This document shows, piece after piece, positions 60,704 to 64,000 of a stretch of DNA of 64,000 nt. Made by a program: the position numbers and the translations under genes. This DNA comes from Schizochytrium sp. TIO01 (lineage: Eukaryota; Protista; Bigyra: Labyrinthulomycetes): NCBI GenBank assembly GCA_004764695.1, contig SMSO01000036.1:2356001-2420000 (forward strand). Reading direction: 5' to 3'. The notes below the pieces were generated by a model. It was not told where the DNA came from, made no database searches, and saw only the letters and a list, made by a program, of their open reading frames with translations. The stretch's first letter is position 1. Every line of letters begins with the position of its first letter.

Positions 60704-62380
60704 ATGGGCGAAGATTCTGGCGCCCCGAAGGGCGCAGACAGTGGTAAACCCGCGTCCCCGACATCGCCAACTCCGGCTTCGTCAGCGTCTCAGGGTAGCG
60801 CCTCAAGCACGTTCCTGGGCATCGCGATGTCACTTGCGGGTCTCGTGGCACTCGTTGCGGCCCTTGCAGGCGTCGTGGGCGTGGTTGCGGAGAATAACCC
60901 AAAGCTGAAAGCAGCTGTGGTGGATTTTTTTCCGGAGGAGCTCGTGATTGTCGTCGAAGACGCCACGGGACTCTCGCTGCTCACGCGTGGAGGCTTCAAA
61001 CGCAGCCGCGAGGAGCTCTTGCTCGCCCAAGAGAACACACCTGCTGCCCCTGTGACCTTCTCCGTCCACTTTAACGGAGACGGCCTCAGTGAAGGCGTGC
61101 TTAAGAATTCCGCAGAGTACCCCGGTCTTGACGCCCTTATTTACGAAGCGTGTCTCGAAATTCCCGAGGTCCTTGAGATCGTTGCAGAAGGAGATATCGA
61201 GAAGCATCATGAGATCTGTAAGCCAGAAGAAGGAGCGAAGCTTTTCACAGCAAGAGGCCGGAGAGTACTTTCTTTTCATGATATTGAAGAGGGCCAGCGC
61301 ACGTACGTGGTACCACAGGGACTCCATTTTGTGTGGCCTCTAGGAGAGGTTGGGAGCATATGGACTCCAGATAGCGTGGAGTCGCCGATCCCGAGCAAAC
61401 CGATTCGGCTGAGGCAATTGAGCAAGTCACCGCGGGTATTCACTGTAGAAAATTTTATGTCACCAGAGGAGATGCAGGCGATTTTGGACCATAATAAAGA
61501 CCTCCTGAAACCCAGTGAAGTTGGATTTGCAGGCTGGAGGGATAGCACACGCACAAGCAGTACAGCGTGGGACTTTCACTCATGGGCAGCACGCAAGGTT
61601 CAAAAACGAAGCTTTGACCTCCTCGGCATGGACTTTGATGGGTCTATGGCTGACGCCGTACAGGTGCTACGATACAATATCGCGGAGTGGTACAAGCCGC
61701 ACACCGACTGGTTTGACAAGAAAGCCTATGATGGACATGATCCCAAAATCAACAATGGTACCAACCGCTTCGCTACCGTCTTTCTTTATCTCACTGATGT
61801 CGAAGAAGGTGGACACACTGTCTTCCCACTCTCCACTACGCACGAGGGATACAATGGAGAGCAGCTCGTCCATCCTGGCACTGAGAAAACTGCCGGATAC
61901 ATTGCTCAGCGAGATGCCGAGTGGGTCTGCAACACATCCTCCACTGCACTGCGCTCGCAGCCGAAGGCAGGCAACGCTGTGCTATTCTACAGCCAAGAGG
62001 CCGATGGCTCCCTCGACAAATACAGCCTGCACGGCGGCTGCCCTGTTATTGCAGGCACCAAGTACAGCGCTAATGTTTGGATCTGGAACCGCCCCAAGCC
62101 TGGTAAGGATCAGGCCAAGGATGGCAAGGCAAAGAATGATGACACTAAAATCGAGATGCAGTTTCACAATGCGCGTAATGAGCCTATTGAGCTCTTCTGG
62201 GACAACGGGTCCACAGAGGGCGTCTTTCAAGTTCTCATCGACCCCGGCATGTACTCACCAATGACCACTTATCATGGTCACTCCTTTTTTGCTCGTCCTG
62301 TTGGGAGTGCCGAACGCATCTTCTTTTTCACTGCTAGTGACGCCATGAAGAGTAAGGAGTATGTTGCGCAGATCGTGTAA
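60704..62380 (+). CDS. Membrane-anchored prolyl 4-hydroxylase-like 2OG-Fe(II) dioxygenase with DCX-like and VHL-beta-like accessory domains
   Basis: TM segment at aa ~37-62; LSKSPRVFTVENFMSPEE, RTSSTAW, QVLRY, YKPHTD (HxD), RFATVFLYLTDVEEGGHTVFP, PKAGNAVLFY, SLHGGCPVIAGTKYSANVW (distal His and 2OG-binding Lys). Confidence 0.93.
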   Translation: MGEDSGAPKGADSGKPASPTSPTPASSASQGSASSTFLGIAMSLAGLVALVAALAGVVGVVAENNPKLKAAVVDFFPEELVIVVEDATGLSLLTRGGFKRSREELLLAQENTPAAPVTFSVHFNGDGLSEGVLKNSAEYPGLDALIYEACLEIPEVLEIVAEGDIEKHHEICKPEEGAKLFTARGRRVLSFHDIEEGQRTYVVPQGLHFVWPLGEVGSIWTPDSVESPIPSKPIRLRQLSKSPRVFTVENFMSPEEMQAILDHNKDLLKPSEVGFAGWRDSTRTSSTAWDFHSWAARKVQKRSFDLLGMDFDGSMADAVQVLRYNIAEWYKPHTDWFDKKAYDGHDPKINNGTNRFATVFLYLTDVEEGGHTVFPLSTTHEGYNGEQLVHPGTEKTAGYIAQRDAEWVCNTSSTALRSQPKAGNAVLFYSQEADGSLDKYSLHGGCPVIAGTKYSANVWIWNRPKPGKDQAKDGKAKNDDTKIEMQFHNARNEPIELFWDNGSTEGVFQVLIDPGMYSPMTTYHGHSFFARPVGSAERIFFFTASDAMKSKEYVAQIV

Positions 62381-63230
62381 ATCAAAGGTTGCCTTGTTCC
62401 TGTCTCCATTCTTACACATGCCTCCATGGCGTGCATACACAAACATATGCATGCATGCATACATACAAACGACGATATATACTTACCTACTCGCATGCAA
62501 ACATCTACTAGGACCTTTGGTTTTCTTTGTCTTCATCATCATTGTTTCCGCTGGTTTGACATGATGTTTTCAACTGTCCACAGTATTCGGCTGTCTGACA
62601 ATAAACTTCAAAATAGCTGTTGTGCTCCCTTGGCTAGCCATTTTGAGCCACCATGACAGTTCTTCCTAAAATCGACCATTACTAATATTCTTATTTTGTA
62701 TTATACCTAGCTAAGGAAGGCGGCGAGGAAATATGTCAATTCCAACCCACATTACGTTTAGTGGACGGAGCCAGCTTCGATCTATTTGATAGAATTCTGT
62801 GGAGGTAAGGCTGCTTCGTTGCCCCTATCATCAGTCCAGATTTTAGATATCAACATTCTCCTAAAAGCGCACTTGCTCGAATAACTTTGTATATCTTGCC
62901 TCCTAATTCTATCTTGTGCTCGACTCCTCCTGTTTAACCCTCTATTTCTTTCGAGTATAGAGGCTGAAAAATGAATACGGTCAGCGAGAGGTTCATTATG
63001 GGAAGAGGGCTGAAGAATGCATCATAAATTTTGGCTTTTGGAATGAACATCCGTTATCCACAGAACTGGGTACTAAGGTGGACTCATTTATATAACAATT
63101 TTGGGACTGAGTCATATCTTTTCTGTATCTTATGGTGACGCAAATCTGAAGAGGCTAGGTTATCTAATTCAGTCATCTTTAGATTTCGCCATATTAAGTC
63201 TATTGAAATTGTATGTATGCTGAAAGGTGG

Positions 63231-63636
63231 TTCTGATTAGCTTGAGGTTGACTGTAAAGATGAAGGCAAGAGGCTTGATGAAGGCTTTAAGAAGGTTGGT
63301 TTACGAGTCAGCAAACTGCTGTCCTGGGAAATGAACTCCAGGACAGATGCATTCATGTAGTAGTTAGGGAGATTAAGACATTCTTGAAAGTAGTTAAAGA
63401 TAATCGATGGGGTTAGGTTAATCCAACTTCTCCGACCATGGATTCAAGCTAAACCATGCCTGGGTGTAGGTAATGTGTATCCACACTTATAGTTCTTGGC
63501 TTCAGCAGTCACGTGAGTCTGGTTGCCTTATTCTTGCTCTATTGTAAACCTTATGTCTACTGGGGTTTTACAAAGGGACACCAAGAACTTTAGCAATGTC
63601 TTGTCCACTAGTTCCTTCGATTGGAGATCTCAGCAA
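63231..63636. repeat. Dispersed repeat, copy 2 (pairs with 33904-34283)
   Basis: Colinear similarity to 33904-34283 with substitutions and indels; the central part is more diverged and slightly longer. Confidence 0.9.
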
Positions 63637-64000
63637 TGCATACGTTCAGTTGTTGGAGTTATTGGCTCCACAGTTTCGTATCAGATTGTCTAGTTCTAAT
63701 CCAATTTGTAAACTAATTATCTAGGACTTACATCTAGTAATACCGTGTCCTTATTGGGGCTTTAAGCAGGTATATTCTTTCGTACCTCTCTCTCTCTTAT
63801 ACCAATCTGTCAGTTGTGAAAATATATACTATTAAGAGATCAGATTTAGAGCGTTGAATGGCACTGATGTGTTCAATCTCTTTCTATTTCTCTTTTTCCG
63901 GATCTTGGATGCCACACTGATTTCTCTCAAACACTGTATGTATAATGCGAGGTTATTGTTAAGGTAAAAAATTAATGGAACCTGTGTGTAACTAGGTCAT

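Noticed and set aside
1-64000. CRISPR arrays, rRNA, tRNA, telomeric repeats, intact transposase/RT genes
   Set aside because: None recognised; tandem repeats are simple 2-6 nt microsatellites without spacers. Short RNA genes could be missed by eye.

Overview
Eukaryotic, intron-poor genomic window. It has single-exon genes, long microsatellite-rich intergenic DNA, an IFT gene and no operons; the overall style suggests a thraustochytrid/labyrinthulomycete-like stramenopile (inference only). Eleven credible protein-coding genes: a probable Ig-fold/CudA-like transcription factor and a small convergent neighbour, an SLC38/AVT-type amino-acid transporter, Hsp110, IFT57, a CAMK-group kinase with an atypical catalytic loop (QGD), a class I SAM methyltransferase, an acidic-insert protein resembling a DUF2330-like/giant-virus family, a DUF3147/GlpM-like small membrane protein, a bacterial-type NAD-dependent formate dehydrogenase with an added mitochondrial-type presequence, and a membrane-anchored prolyl 4-hydroxylase. 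Most notable: the prolyl 4-hydroxylase appears fused to a doublecortin-like domain and a VHL-beta-like (hydroxyproline-reader) domain, i.e. a possible 'writer + reader' in one chain. Also present: a ~24 kb ORF desert (36.4-60.7 kb), several AT-rich decayed coding relics (one resembling a CRESS-DNA virus capsid), a ~400 bp dispersed repeat in two copies, and a hairpin array with a TAT tail. No rRNA, tRNA or CRISPR array was recognised. All family assignments are by eye from remembered motifs; no searches were run.
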